A stretch of DNA of 36,417 nt from a virus (taxonomy: Duplodnaviria > Caudoviricetes): positions 1 through 36,417 of IMG/VR virus record IMGVR_UViG_3300020045_003357; one strand, written 5' to 3'. Position 1 is the stretch's first letter. Every line of letters begins with the position of its first letter. A program made the translations under genes and the position numbers. The notes beneath the pieces were generated by a model. That model worked only from the letters and a program-made list of their open reading frames with translations, made no database searches and was not told the DNA's origin. Below are positions 23,147 through 33,288 of this stretch, piece after piece.

Positions 23147-25060
23147 ATGGCAAAAAAGTTCTGGTCATTCCGCGACATCGTGGAAACCAATAAGAAAGAG
23201 CTTGTCATTGAAGGGCCAATCTCTGAAGAGTCATGGTGGGGCGATGAAGCAACACCTAGCCAATTACGGCAAGAACTCGCAGAGTTTAACGGAAACGAAT
23301 TGACCGTATCACTCAATAGTGGCGGTGGAGACGTTTTTGCTGGCCTTGCAATGTACAATGCACTGAGAGAACTAGATGCACAAGTTACCATTCGTGTTGA
23401 CGGCTTAGCAGCCTCAATTGCGTCTATAATTGCAATGGCTGGCGACAAGGTGATTATGTCACCTGGAAGCATGATGATGATTCATCGTCCTTCTGTATTT
23501 GCTGGTGGCAATGTGGACGACCTAGATAAAGCCAAAGAAGTATTGCTCAAAATAGAGGAATCAATAACTCCGATCTATGCCGAGCGCAGTGGCTTATCTA
23601 TAGAAAGAATTGCAGAACTGTTAGAAGCTGAAACATGGATGACAGCCGATGAAGCGGTTGACTTAGGATTTGCTGACGAAGCTATCCACAAGTCAGATGC
23701 CAAGGCATCAGTCAAGAATGCCCTAAAGGCAGACTTCGCATTTAGCATGAAAGCTACAGAGGCAAGCCTGAAAAGTCTTGTTGAAATGGTTACTGCTAGT
23801 GAAGAGAAAGAGGTTGAAGATGTGGTTGAACCTACTGAAACCGAAGCAACTGTTCCCGCTGCGCCCGCAGATGTTACAGAAGCCAAGACAGAAGAACCAA
23901 TCAAAACCAAAACCGAAGCCGAAGAAATAGTTGAAACTCCGGACAAGGAAACTAATAAATCAACTAACAAGGAAATTACAATGGAAACAACCGTTGAACT
24001 CGCAAAAGCACAGGTTATCGAACCTGCTGCACAGGCTCCTGTCACGCCTAAAGTTGACATGAAGAGCTACCTAAAGACTCCTGCCTCAATGGAAGCGTTT
24101 GCACGCATTCTTGAAGACCAGGCTGGCAAGACATCAGAAGATGTTAAAGCAGCATGGAAAGAGCACTTGGAAGTAACGATGGGTGTTACAAACCCTGAAA
24201 TCTTTTTGCCTGATGCCCTCATCACCGAGATTGAGGACGCATTCAAGGCTGGTGGTGAAATCTGGAATCGTGTTGCTAAGACTGGCGTTGAAGTATTTAA
24301 GGCTGCTTGGGATATTGAATCAGATGTCGATAGCGAAGATGGTCGTGGTCGTGGTTACAACCGTGCTGATGCTGAAGACAAAGCTGAGCAAGTTCTTGAG
24401 TTTGCAGAGCGTGTTATTCGTCCTCAGTTCATCTACAAGTACATCCAATTGAACAAAGAAGATGTCAAGACACAGCGCGGAACTGGCGCATTGGTACGTT
24501 ACGTACTAACTGAGCTTCCTCGCCGTATCGTCCGTGAAATCGAGCGAGCAATCGTTATCGGTGACGGCCGTCTTGCTGGTGATGACTACAAGATTACTTC
24601 ATTCACATCTGTCAAAGCTGACGCAACGGCTAACAACGTGTTTGCAAGCACCTATGTCGCTGTTGACCCAACTGAGACCCGCTACGCTAGCTTATTGCAA
24701 GCCCGCGACCTCGTTGAAGCTGATGGTGAAATGGTACTCGTTTCAAAGAAGGGTTACTTGACGCAATTGCTTCTTGAGCAGAGCATAAATGGTGGCTTCC
24801 TGTTTGCACCTGGTACTGACCTTGGCCGTGTCCTTGGCTTTGCAGCCGTCATTGAGCCTGATTGGATGGCTTCTGATGTAGACAATGATGCTTACATCGT
24901 AACGTTTGCAAACTACAAGACTGTTGGTGACAACTCTATTGAGGCATTCACGAACTTCCGCCTTGAAGTAAACAAGCAACAGTATCTACAGGAAATCTGG
25001 GCTGGTGGAGCATTGACTGCTCGCAAATCAGCTGTAGCACTTCCAGTAGCAACATCGTAA
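23147..25060 (+). CDS. ClpP-type prohead protease - scaffold - major capsid protein fusion
   Basis: NSGGGDVFAG, DGLAASIAS (Ser), MMIH (His), ETWMTADEAVDLGFAD; acidic linker; HK97-like C-terminus (EIERAIVIGDG). Confidence 0.9.
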   Translation: MAKKFWSFRDIVETNKKELVIEGPISEESWWGDEATPSQLRQELAEFNGNELTVSLNSGGGDVFAGLAMYNALRELDAQVTIRVDGLAASIASIIAMAGDKVIMSPGSMMMIHRPSVFAGGNVDDLDKAKEVLLKIEESITPIYAERSGLSIERIAELLEAETWMTADEAVDLGFADEAIHKSDAKASVKNALKADFAFSMKATEASLKSLVEMVTASEEKEVEDVVEPTETEATVPAAPADVTEAKTEEPIKTKTEAEEIVETPDKETNKSTNKEITMETTVELAKAQVIEPAAQAPVTPKVDMKSYLKTPASMEAFARILEDQAGKTSEDVKAAWKEHLEVTMGVTNPEIFLPDALITEIEDAFKAGGEIWNRVAKTGVEVFKAAWDIESDVDSEDGRGRGYNRADAEDKAEQVLEFAERVIRPQFIYKYIQLNKEDVKTQRGTGALVRYVLTELPRRIVREIERAIVIGDGRLAGDDYKITSFTSVKADATANNVFASTYVAVDPTETRYASLLQARDLVEADGEMVLVSKKGYLTQLLLEQSINGGFLFAPGTDLGRVLGFAAVIEPDWMASDVDNDAYIVTFANYKTVGDNSIEAFTNFRLEVNKQQYLQEIWAGGALTARKSAVALPVATS

Positions 25061-25083
25061 GTTAGGAAAGGGGTTTAACTGAT

Positions 25084-25701
25084 ATGGACACAACACAAAT
25101 TGCAAAGCTATTAGGGCGACCCCTAACCTCTAACGAGACTGCGAACTTTGATCTGTACATTGATATAGCCGAAGAAGCCCTAGAGGGGCTGATATGCTCT
25201 CCTATAACAGATATAGAAGAGGCACGGACATTTGACATCAGGGAGGGATACAGTACGGCATTCCTCGACATCTTCAGAAGCGTGAGTGAAGTAATGATTG
25301 ACGGGGAGATTATCGATTCGTCAGACTACTCACTACGCCAATGGGATAAGAGAAGTGCCAGTTGGTATAACTCTCTGGTGTTTGATGACCGCTTCAAGAG
25401 CTATCAAGGTGAAGTAACCGTTACGGCAGAATGGGGTTTTGCTGAACCAGAAGAAGGCCAGCCAAGCAATATACCTATCGGGTTACAAATGATACTTGCT
25501 GGATTGTTTGCTCAGGTATCTAAAGTCAATAGAACAGACTCTAGCATCGCAAGTAAGCAAGTAGAGGACTTTAGAATTACGTTTAACGTAAATAACGACC
25601 TCGATGCTGAGTTCCTGAATAAGTATGGTAGCTTTGTTGCCAAGTATTCAACCTGTGGTGTTGGCTACTTGAGGCATGAGAGAAAGCACTATGGACATTG
25701 A
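25084..25701 (+). CDS. Head-tail adaptor protein
   Basis: Position after the capsid gene; VTVTAEWGF..IPIGLQ adaptor-type motif. Confidence 0.75.
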   Translation: MDTTQIAKLLGRPLTSNETANFDLYIDIAEEALEGLICSPITDIEEARTFDIREGYSTAFLDIFRSVSEVMIDGEIIDSSDYSLRQWDKRSASWYNSLVFDDRFKSYQGEVTVTAEWGFAEPEEGQPSNIPIGLQMILAGLFAQVSKVNRTDSSIASKQVEDFRITFNVNNDLDAEFLNKYGSFVAKYSTCGVGYLRHERKHYGH

Positions 25702-26062
25702 AATCTTTGATGTGTTCGACCTATCTGACTACACGTTTCTGCAGATTAGCAGAGGTGGTGTAACTGGGAACGTCATCTCAGATTCAATAGCAGCAACAGG
25801 TGTTTTCAAACTCCGTAGCCAGATGGTACGAGGTGAGAACGCTGAGACAAAGGAAAGCAACGCAACTTTACATATTCGACCAGATGAATCGTTTTTAGCC
25901 ACGAATGACAATAACCTTGTTGGACACGGTGTGACGGTTCAGGGTAAGGACTACGAGATTGTAGGACAAACTGGCGGCCAGAACTACCACAACGGCGTAT
26001 TAGAGCACTACACAGCCACATTACAAGAGTCTGACTTTTCAGACCTCGGAGGCTCAAGCTAA
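25691..26062 (+). CDS. Head closure / stopper protein
   Basis: Synteny; VTVQGKDYEIVG beta pattern. Confidence 0.6.
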   Translation: MDIEIFDVFDLSDYTFLQISRGGVTGNVISDSIAATGVFKLRSQMVRGENAETKESNATLHIRPDESFLATNDNNLVGHGVTVQGKDYEIVGQTGGQNYHNGVLEHYTATLQESDFSDLGGSS

Positions 26063-26385
26063 TGCCGGTAAAAGTAACGATGAAGCCAGCCTGGTCGCAG
26101 CAAATTGAGTCAGGCATGAAACGAGCAGTTTTAGAGATGGCACTGGACATTCACAAGCGAGCTACAATTATTGCGCCAATTGAAACAGGCGCATTAAAGA
26201 ATAGCGGAATTGTTGAACCAGTCACAGACGGCTACAAGATACAATTCGGATCAAGCCGGGTACCATATGCAAGGCGTCGGCACTTTGAAAACAAGAAGAA
26301 CCCTCAGACACTTGGTTACTTAGCAAAAGCTGGTGACGCAGTTGCCAGAGGAGATAAGAGTAAATACTTCCGAGGTAAAGTCTGA
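26062..26385 (+). CDS. HK97 gp10-like neck/tail completion protein
   Basis: APIETGALKNSG..PYARRRH motif. Confidence 0.8.
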   Translation: MPVKVTMKPAWSQQIESGMKRAVLEMALDIHKRATIIAPIETGALKNSGIVEPVTDGYKIQFGSSRVPYARRRHFENKKNPQTLGYLAKAGDAVARGDKSKYFRGKV

Positions 26386-26804
26386 TGGTAACACTTCACA
26401 TTCTACAGCTACTAGAAGATAACGGATTCGGTACAATAGATACCGACCTATTCTATGAGGATGCACCACTAGACAATTCAGGCGTGCCAAAACAAGGCGT
26501 GTGGATTGTAACAAGAGGTAGCGAAGTAAACCGCCTCAATGTTGGCAACCAGAACTTCGATATTTACTCTCGTTACACAAACAAACTAACAGGTGCGGTG
26601 AAGTTAGAAAACATACTGACTTTTTTGAAGGAAGCGTACGACGATGTGTGTACACTTCCAACAGTCGCACCATATTCCCTAACAGAATACTACGATGTCA
26701 TCATTGAGCCTACGTCCGGAGTCGAGAACGCAGGTACAGACGAACAGGACAAAGTAGTACGAGTTATTTCAGGCAACGTAAAATATAAGATAATGGAGAA
26801 CTAA
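26385..26804 (+). CDS. Tail terminator protein
   Basis: Synteny before the tail tube gene; size and LLEDNGFGTIDTDLF motif. Confidence 0.65.
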   Translation: MVTLHILQLLEDNGFGTIDTDLFYEDAPLDNSGVPKQGVWIVTRGSEVNRLNVGNQNFDIYSRYTNKLTGAVKLENILTFLKEAYDDVCTLPTVAPYSLTEYYDVIIEPTSGVENAGTDEQDKVVRVISGNVKYKIMEN

Positions 26805-26805
26805 T

Positions 26806-27372
26806 ATGGACATAGGTTCAAAATCAGGCAAAGTAGATGTTACGATCTACCGCGCAGGCTCAGGCGGTGTACGAATTCCTGCTGCTATGCTTGCCGATAG
26901 TGTTGAAGTAACTGGCGATGAGGGTACGGTTTCAAACCCAACCTTTGCCGGCACATTTACAAAACCAAGTGAAACATATGACGAGCCACAGGTAAGCTTC
27001 ACAATGGTGTTGACCGCAAAAGCACTACGAGAGGTATACCCAGAGCTTTCAACAAACTCGACAGACCGCCCAACAGTGGCAGGTCAAACGGTATTCGGTG
27101 GCAACACATGTACTGTTCGTGAATCTGCAAAGGTTGTTGTTCACTGGTCGTGTGATGCAAACTCAGACGAAGATTGGTACTTCCCGAATGTACTGCTTTC
27201 TCAGAACTTTAGCGCAACGTTTACCCCAGGTGAAGTCTTGACTATCCCTGTGGTCGGACACATACAACCAGATGTTACTACTGGCGAATTAGTAATTGTC
27301 GGCACAGGTGACCTCACGGAGCCAACGCTCTTTGATGAGGCTACCGGTACATACGAGCCAATTACGAGCTAG
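26806..27372 (+). CDS. Major tail tube protein
   Basis: 188-aa beta-rich protein before the chaperones and tape measure; SD GGAG. Confidence 0.75.
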   Translation: MDIGSKSGKVDVTIYRAGSGGVRIPAAMLADSVEVTGDEGTVSNPTFAGTFTKPSETYDEPQVSFTMVLTAKALREVYPELSTNSTDRPTVAGQTVFGGNTCTVRESAKVVVHWSCDANSDEDWYFPNVLLSQNFSATFTPGEVLTIPVVGHIQPDVTTGELVIVGTGDLTEPTLFDEATGTYEPITS

Positions 27373-27381
27373 TGGTATAAT
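27373..27381 (+). promoter_or_regulatory. Extended -10 promoter before the tail chaperone
   Basis: TGgTATAAT. Confidence 0.6.
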
Positions 27382-27404
27382 AAACATATAAATAAGGAGC
27401 TAGA

Positions 27405-27836
27405 ATGGCTGAACCTCTAAAAATCTCGACCAGTAAATATACAAAGCAAGGGCAAGTAGACGTTGACGGAAATATCTGGAACGTTGTACTACCTGGTGCT
27501 GGAACAGAACTGAGGTTCAGCCAAGCTTCGCGAGCTTGCAAACTATACCAAGCACGTATTGAGCTGCTAGACAAAAAGATAGATGCAGGCACAATTACAG
27601 AGTTAGAGCTTGATAATTACGAGCTTTACTCACAGAAGTACGAAGAGAGTGAAGCCATCATATACAACGTATTCAAAAAGACGTTTAGTGACGGTACAAA
27701 AGACAATGCAAGCGTGACAAAGTGGATTGATGAAACGCCAACCGCTATCATTATGCTCGCGTTTGAGGATGTGAAAGGCCAGGCAAATGGAGAAGAAACC
27801 CCAGCCGAAGAAGCCGCAAGTCAAGAATCTGCTTGA
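27405..27836 (+). CDS. Tail assembly chaperone (G-like)
   Basis: Synteny; SD TAAGGAG. Confidence 0.65.
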   Translation: MAEPLKISTSKYTKQGQVDVDGNIWNVVLPGAGTELRFSQASRACKLYQARIELLDKKIDAGTITELELDNYELYSQKYEESEAIIYNVFKKTFSDGTKDNASVTKWIDETPTAIIMLAFEDVKGQANGEETPAEEAASQESA

Positions 27837-28188
27837 TGAGATAAGCCCCGAAGACATTGCAAAGATTGAGGCATACCAGGCAGAAACAGATGGCGCATTC
27901 CCCGTTGACAATGAATGGATGGTGCTAGCCGAATGGTTACGCATTGCTGGCTACCAAGCATACCTAGACGCCAAGAACGATGCTGTAGACAATAACGGCA
28001 ACCCTATTGTCACATTAGGAGAAATACTGACACTCATAGAGGCTAGCCGCAAAATAGAGTATGTCGCACAATGCAGGCAGGCAGAAGCTTCATTTATCGG
28101 CGCAGTATCTGCACAAACAAAGAAACCACAAAGTACATTCAACTCGCTCATAAAAAACATCGTTAAAAAGACGAAGGTTCACGAATAA
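27787..28188 (+). CDS. Second tail assembly chaperone (T-like)
   Basis: Overlaps the previous gene by 50 nt in the +1 frame; coupled to the tape measure gene. Confidence 0.6.
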   Translation: MEKKPQPKKPQVKNLLDEISPEDIAKIEAYQAETDGAFPVDNEWMVLAEWLRIAGYQAYLDAKNDAVDNNGNPIVTLGEILTLIEASRKIEYVAQCRQAEASFIGAVSAQTKKPQSTFNSLIKNIVKKTKVHE

Positions 28189-29975
28189 TGGCAACAACTA
28201 CTATAGGTACAATTCAGCTAATAGCCTCCATAGACACCTCGAAATATAAGCAGGGTGCTAAAGAAATTGAAAAGGCGAACTCAAACATCGAGAGTTCGAC
28301 TGATAGTACCGAGCGAAAGTCGAATAAGTCTTTTTCACGTATTGCAAAGATTGGCCTTGCTGCCGTAGCAACCGCTGCTGTTGCTGCTGGCGCTGCAATT
28401 GTGAGCAACCTTGGCAATGCTGTGCGCCGTGTTGACACACTTAATAACTTCCCAAAGGTTATGGCAAATCTTGGCTACGGTGCTGACGAGGCGAATAAGT
28501 CGATTGATGCACTCGATAAGGGTGTCCGTGGCCTTCCAACGTCATTAAATGAAATTGCATCTGCGCTTCAAAACATTGCGCCTGGCGCTGACTCTCTTGA
28601 TGAAGCAACAAAGCTTACACTGGCACTAAATAATGCGCTTGTCGCTGGTGGTAAAGATGCCGGATTGCAAGCTAGTGCAATGGAACAGTTTAGCCAAGCG
28701 GTTGCAAAAGGTAGACCAGATATGATGGAGTGGCGCTCAATCGCTGCTGCAATGCCAGGACAACTCAAGCAGATTTCTAATAGTCTTGGTTTTGATAACT
28801 GGCAAGAAATGGCGCAAGCTGTTACTGATGGCAAGCTGGCATTCAAAGACGTGCAAAAAGCAATTATAAACTTGAACGAAAAGGGACTTGGCAAGCTCCC
28901 CTCGTTTGCAAACCAGGCGCGTAATGCCACAGATGGGCTTGCAACAGGCTGGAAGAACATGCAGACTGCTATTACAAGAGGACTCGGCAACATTATACAA
29001 GCAGTCGGTAGTAAAAACATTTCTACTTCGATTGCAAATATAGGCAAGGTATTTGAAAACGCAACAAAGTATGCAATCAAGTTCGGCGAAGGCGCTGTAA
29101 CAATCAGCCGTCAAATCGGCGATTACTTATCACCTAAGTTCACTGCCCTATGGCGAAACATCAGCGAAGAACTGATGCCGGTGCTCAAAGACTTGTGGAA
29201 GAATGTTATAGAGCCACTTATACCAGTCATCGGGGTAACGCTTGTTGCCGCAATCGGCTTTGCTGTGGACGCATTAAATGTAATCGTTGAAGCATTTGGC
29301 TGGGTTATTCAGGCAATACAAGATGGTAACCCAATCATACTTGGGCTTATCGGCGCATTCGGTGCGCTTGCACTTGCTATGGCATTAAACTCAGCATTTA
29401 GAGCACTTACAATAGGCTTTAACCTACTGACGACAACGACAATACCAAAAGCTATCGCAAAGATAGCAGTATTCCGAGGACTTGTTGCATCACCAATGGT
29501 CATGGGGGCAATTGGGATTGGTGCAGCAATAGCAGCGATTGCGCTTGTCAAGGCAAAACTTGATGAGTATACGGCAGCAATGGAAAAGACATTTGATGAA
29601 ACTAAACGAGCTGCAGAGTCTCAAAGCGCTGCAGTTGTACAGTTGCGTAACCTTGCCAGGAGTGGAGACTCAGCTACTCGCCAACGTGCACTTGATGCAT
29701 TAGGCAGACTTGGCTATGCTGACGGCGGATTTACCGGCATTGGTGCCACGAACGAAATTGCCGGTGTAGTCCACCGAGGCGAATACGTGATACCAAAAAG
29801 CCAGGTTGACCAATCTACTGGTACTCCAAAGGCTATGGGTGACACGTTTAGCATCACAGTCAATGCCTCGGCAAATATGATACGCAGTGAAGCTGACAAG
29901 AGACAATTTGCTACAATGATAGTAGATGCATTTAACCAAACACGAACTGCGAAAGGGCTACCGGCACTAGGATGA
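28188..29975 (+). CDS. Tape measure protein
   Basis: Ala-rich helical protein; RVDTLNNFPKVM..MEQFSQA..EWRSI N-terminal domain; hydrophobic segments; GYADGGFTG..AGVVHRGEYVIP. Confidence 0.92.
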   Translation: MATTTIGTIQLIASIDTSKYKQGAKEIEKANSNIESSTDSTERKSNKSFSRIAKIGLAAVATAAVAAGAAIVSNLGNAVRRVDTLNNFPKVMANLGYGADEANKSIDALDKGVRGLPTSLNEIASALQNIAPGADSLDEATKLTLALNNALVAGGKDAGLQASAMEQFSQAVAKGRPDMMEWRSIAAAMPGQLKQISNSLGFDNWQEMAQAVTDGKLAFKDVQKAIINLNEKGLGKLPSFANQARNATDGLATGWKNMQTAITRGLGNIIQAVGSKNISTSIANIGKVFENATKYAIKFGEGAVTISRQIGDYLSPKFTALWRNISEELMPVLKDLWKNVIEPLIPVIGVTLVAAIGFAVDALNVIVEAFGWVIQAIQDGNPIILGLIGAFGALALAMALNSAFRALTIGFNLLTTTTIPKAIAKIAVFRGLVASPMVMGAIGIGAAIAAIALVKAKLDEYTAAMEKTFDETKRAAESQSAAVVQLRNLARSGDSATRQRALDALGRLGYADGGFTGIGATNEIAGVVHRGEYVIPKSQVDQSTGTPKAMGDTFSITVNASANMIRSEADKRQFATMIVDAFNQTRTAKGLPALG

Positions 29976-30352
29976 TAGAGCTTTCACTCATTGATACAGT
30001 ACCAACAACAGCAACCTTGCAATTGCCTAACCCGCCATTGTCCGTTGCAGACAGCAACAAGGATGTTCGAGTCAATACATTGGATAATTCACTCCATGTC
30101 TACATTGTTCCTAATGCAGACAAGCGCATATGGGTACAAACCTGGGCTTCTATGGAAATAGCTGACTATCTTATCATTCGAGGCTTTAGAGACCGCCAGA
30201 GGACGCTCAATGCGTTCCCTACGCTGTCTATAACAGGACTTACGTCTGGTGACATCACTGATGTGCCTGTTTTCATTGATATGGCAGAAAAAAATATAGT
30301 CTCAAACTGCGAGAGGGTAGAAAACGTTACTGTAAAGTTTACGGAGGGCTAA
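29972..30352 (+). CDS. Distal tail (Dit-like) protein
   Basis: Directly after the tape measure gene; size 126 aa. Confidence 0.6.
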   Translation: MIELSLIDTVPTTATLQLPNPPLSVADSNKDVRVNTLDNSLHVYIVPNADKRIWVQTWASMEIADYLIIRGFRDRQRTLNAFPTLSITGLTSGDITDVPVFIDMAEKNIVSNCERVENVTVKFTEG

Positions 30353-30353
30353 C

Positions 30354-31928
30354 ATGCAGTCTGTTGATGCGTCATTCCACACACTAGCCCAAGGTGATGT
30401 CATCCCGCTTTCATGGGGCAATCGAATGTCATTTGACAAAGCATTTGATGACACAATAACTTTTGGCATATATGATGTGTCTACCTATGATGGTGGTGAT
30501 TTATTTTCTCCTGTTGAAGATGACCCGATAAATTTCTGGGATTATTATGCATATACAGATTACTCGAATAGGATTGTTGGTATGGAGTGGAGTAGAGAGA
30601 TAGAGTTCCCATACTCTGTTTCGGCCGCACTTGCCGACTTCACCATGAATAATACAGATGACTTCTTTACGCCCGGTTCAGGGTCGGCCATAGACGGATA
30701 TATATTGCCAAAACGCCCTGTTCGACTATTAGCAGGCTATGGGAGCCAAAACTTGCAGCAGTTCGTAGGTTTGACTGAAAAAGCCCCGACATTGGATGAT
30801 ACAAACAAAACAGCGTCATTTCATGCAACTGACTTTTTGACTGAGATATTTGCACAATCATTGACCCAGGTTATAGCGATGGAAAATGCTAGAACTGACG
30901 AAGTTTTAGCTGCTATTTTCGACCAGTTTGGCATAGACCCTTCGGCTTATGTAATGGACAAAGGCCGCAACGTTATACCTTTTGTATTCTTTGATACCGA
31001 GAAAAATGCAGGAAATGCTATCCGAGAGATTATGCAGGCTGAGGGCGGCCACCTATGGATTGATGAGCAGGGTGTAATCCGGTTCGAGACTCGTTTACCG
31101 GCTGTCGATACGCCTGTTATGGTACTTGATGACTCAAATGTGATTGACTTGGTACAATCTGGGGATACAGGGATAATTAACTACATCAAGATTCGTTCTA
31201 CTGTTCGCAAGGTTGCAGATTATCAGGTTATATTCTCCAATGCTCGGCAAGGTGACGAGCCAATTGTTACAAGTACCGGGTTTATTATCCCGGCTAATTC
31301 GTCACGGATATACCAGGCAGATTTAACCGACCCTTGCCTCACAATAGATGAACCAGCACTCGGAGTCGCAACTGGAGAATCATGGTTTACAGCTATAGAT
31401 GCAGATGGCAATTCAGTTACTTCAGACATATCTGTAACTGGGAGTACTCACAATACAAATCAGTACATTATATTCATAGACAACGATAATGCATTCCCAA
31501 TCGAGATTGACCAGATGGAGCTATGGGGCGAACCTGCAAGGGTTGTGAATGTTATAAACTATGTAGCTAAAGACCAAGCCTCTATAGATAAGTACGAGAA
31601 ACAAGCGCTAGGTGGTGACGAAGGTATTGCAAACGACTTCTTTGGCAGTGAAGATAACTGTGAGTCTTTTGCATTGACTATTATCGATGCATACAGCGAA
31701 TTCAACCCAACAATTGAAGCAAGTATTGTTGGAGACTACTCTCTGCAACTCGGTGATGTCGTGCAGCTTGAGGCAAGAGGTAACGATGCAGAGTACAGGA
31801 TCACTTCAATAAGTGCCGATATGTACCCGTATCAATATAAGATTAAAGCAAGGCGCTATAACCCACGTTCATGGGCTCGGTACGATGTGACTGTATATGA
31901 TGACCCTATAGATGTAATAGCACCATAA
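30354..31928 (+). CDS. Baseplate hub / Tal-like tail tip protein
   Basis: IMQAEGGHLWIDEQGVIRF, SIDKYE, LQLGDVV motifs. Confidence 0.75.
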   Translation: MQSVDASFHTLAQGDVIPLSWGNRMSFDKAFDDTITFGIYDVSTYDGGDLFSPVEDDPINFWDYYAYTDYSNRIVGMEWSREIEFPYSVSAALADFTMNNTDDFFTPGSGSAIDGYILPKRPVRLLAGYGSQNLQQFVGLTEKAPTLDDTNKTASFHATDFLTEIFAQSLTQVIAMENARTDEVLAAIFDQFGIDPSAYVMDKGRNVIPFVFFDTEKNAGNAIREIMQAEGGHLWIDEQGVIRFETRLPAVDTPVMVLDDSNVIDLVQSGDTGIINYIKIRSTVRKVADYQVIFSNARQGDEPIVTSTGFIIPANSSRIYQADLTDPCLTIDEPALGVATGESWFTAIDADGNSVTSDISVTGSTHNTNQYIIFIDNDNAFPIEIDQMELWGEPARVVNVINYVAKDQASIDKYEKQALGGDEGIANDFFGSEDNCESFALTIIDAYSEFNPTIEASIVGDYSLQLGDVVQLEARGNDAEYRITSISADMYPYQYKIKARRYNPRSWARYDVTVYDDPIDVIAP

Positions 31929-31937
31929 GGATGATAT

Positions 31938-32198
31938 ATGGCATTTGAAAGCACAACAAGTTACAGCGGGCAAAATATTATATCTACCATAGATGGACAG
32001 ATTAGAATCGAAGAAGGTCGCGGCAGAATGGTTATTTATGATAACGCATCTCTAGTAGAACTTGTGACTATAGACCGCACTGGCTTCTTGTTCTCTGATG
32101 GTACCAACAGAAGGATAAAACTTGGTAGCTTTGCATTGAAGGTTGGATTGTGGATTTCTAAAGATGGTGAAGACGTCATAGATTTGTTGGAGGCATAG
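31938..32198 (+). CDS. Minor tail protein
   Basis: Beta-rich; GLWISKDGEDV; synteny. Confidence 0.6.
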   Translation: MAFESTTSYSGQNIISTIDGQIRIEEGRGRMVIYDNASLVELVTIDRTGFLFSDGTNRRIKLGSFALKVGLWISKDGEDVIDLLEA

Positions 32199-32551
32199 TG
32201 TCAGATTTTTTAATAAATACTGACTATACTTTCGACAAGATACTTGGGTGGTGGAGTGGTAGCTTCACTGCATCTGCCAGGTATGCGTTGTTTGACCCAA
32301 GAGCTAGCCAATCATCATTTGCACATGAAGCAGGAAGTTACGGCCTTATAGTTGGTGCATGGTCGACAAACAATATTGACTGGTTGCCGTTTGGTGTTGT
32401 ACCGGCAGACACATCAGGGAGCCAACCAAACTTCCAATATATTGAATGTTCAGCCTACTGCACTGATTCAAACATTGTCGTTATGGCAACGAATTGGACA
32501 ACATCAGCATTTACTATTTACTATGCTTTGCAGTTATTAGCAGTGGAATGA
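32198..32551 (+). CDS. Minor tail-tip protein (paralogue 1)
   Basis: N-terminus DFLINTDYTFDKI resembles the next gene. Confidence 0.6.
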   Translation: MSDFLINTDYTFDKILGWWSGSFTASARYALFDPRASQSSFAHEAGSYGLIVGAWSTNNIDWLPFGVVPADTSGSQPNFQYIECSAYCTDSNIVVMATNWTTSAFTIYYALQLLAVE

Positions 32552-32552
32552 T

Positions 32553-32894
32553 ATGGCAGATAAAGATTTCATAATCAATACAGAGTTGAATTATCAGAAA
32601 ATACTGCATAATGGCTCATACTCTCAATCTGTTCCTAGCTACCCATCAGACCCTGGTTCGTTTACATATACTCATGGGCTAGGATATATACCATCTGCTA
32701 GGGTATGGGTAGAGAGTAGCAGTGGAAAATGGTTCCCGGCATCAAACATACAGTTGCTCGATCACTCTACAGGCGCTTCACCTTATACTGCTACATATTA
32801 TTTGACTTCAACAACTTTAGTAGTAGTTTTTGACAATTCATCAGGTGCAACAGCTACTGTAAACTTTAGGGTAAGGGTATATATAGATGACTAG
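32553..32894 (+). CDS. Minor tail-tip protein (paralogue 2)
   Basis: DFIINTELNYQKI; THGLGYIP motif. Confidence 0.65.
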   Translation: MADKDFIINTELNYQKILHNGSYSQSVPSYPSDPGSFTYTHGLGYIPSARVWVESSSGKWFPASNIQLLDHSTGASPYTATYYLTSTTLVVVFDNSSGATATVNFRVRVYIDD

Positions 32895-33288
32895 TTTTGC
32901 AAGTGTTCAGAATATGATACTGACAACAGATGCAGACGCTAATAAAAATGTGTCGTCTGCAACATACACTTCTACGGCTGCTTCTGCTAGCATCCCAGTG
33001 ATGTCTTATGCTTTGAGGAAATTTACTATACCGCTAAATAAAAGTACTCGATTTTACCAATTGTATATAAATTATAGTCTTACGCCTGGCAAATGGTACG
33101 CGTTCCCAGTAGTAGATACATTTTACGGTACACCACCTACAAGTTACCTACAGTTGGCAACTAATGCTACTCAGAGTGGAGAAAACCTAGTGGTAAATGT
33201 GTACCTAATAAATGCCGGATCGGCGACTCTCGCTGTTTCTGCGTTTGATGTTAGCATTACACGCAGGGATTTTGTAGACGGCGCTTAG
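32887..33288 (+). CDS. Minor tail-tip protein (possible paralogue 3)
   Basis: Beta-rich; GKWYAFP resembles GKWFPA of the previous gene. Confidence 0.55.
   Translation: MTSFASVQNMILTTDADANKNVSSATYTSTAASASIPVMSYALRKFTIPLNKSTRFYQLYINYSLTPGKWYAFPVVDTFYGTPPTSYLQLATNATQSGENLVVNVYLINAGSATLAVSAFDVSITRRDFVDGA

Noticed and set aside
15051-31429. Numerous minus-strand ORFs within structural genes
   Set aside because: Antisense shadows of well-supported + strand genes, with no initiation signals noted
14854-31928. Stop-codon reassignment, introns or inteins in core genes
   Set aside because: TerL, portal, capsid, tape measure and hub genes are uninterrupted and of plausible length in code 11
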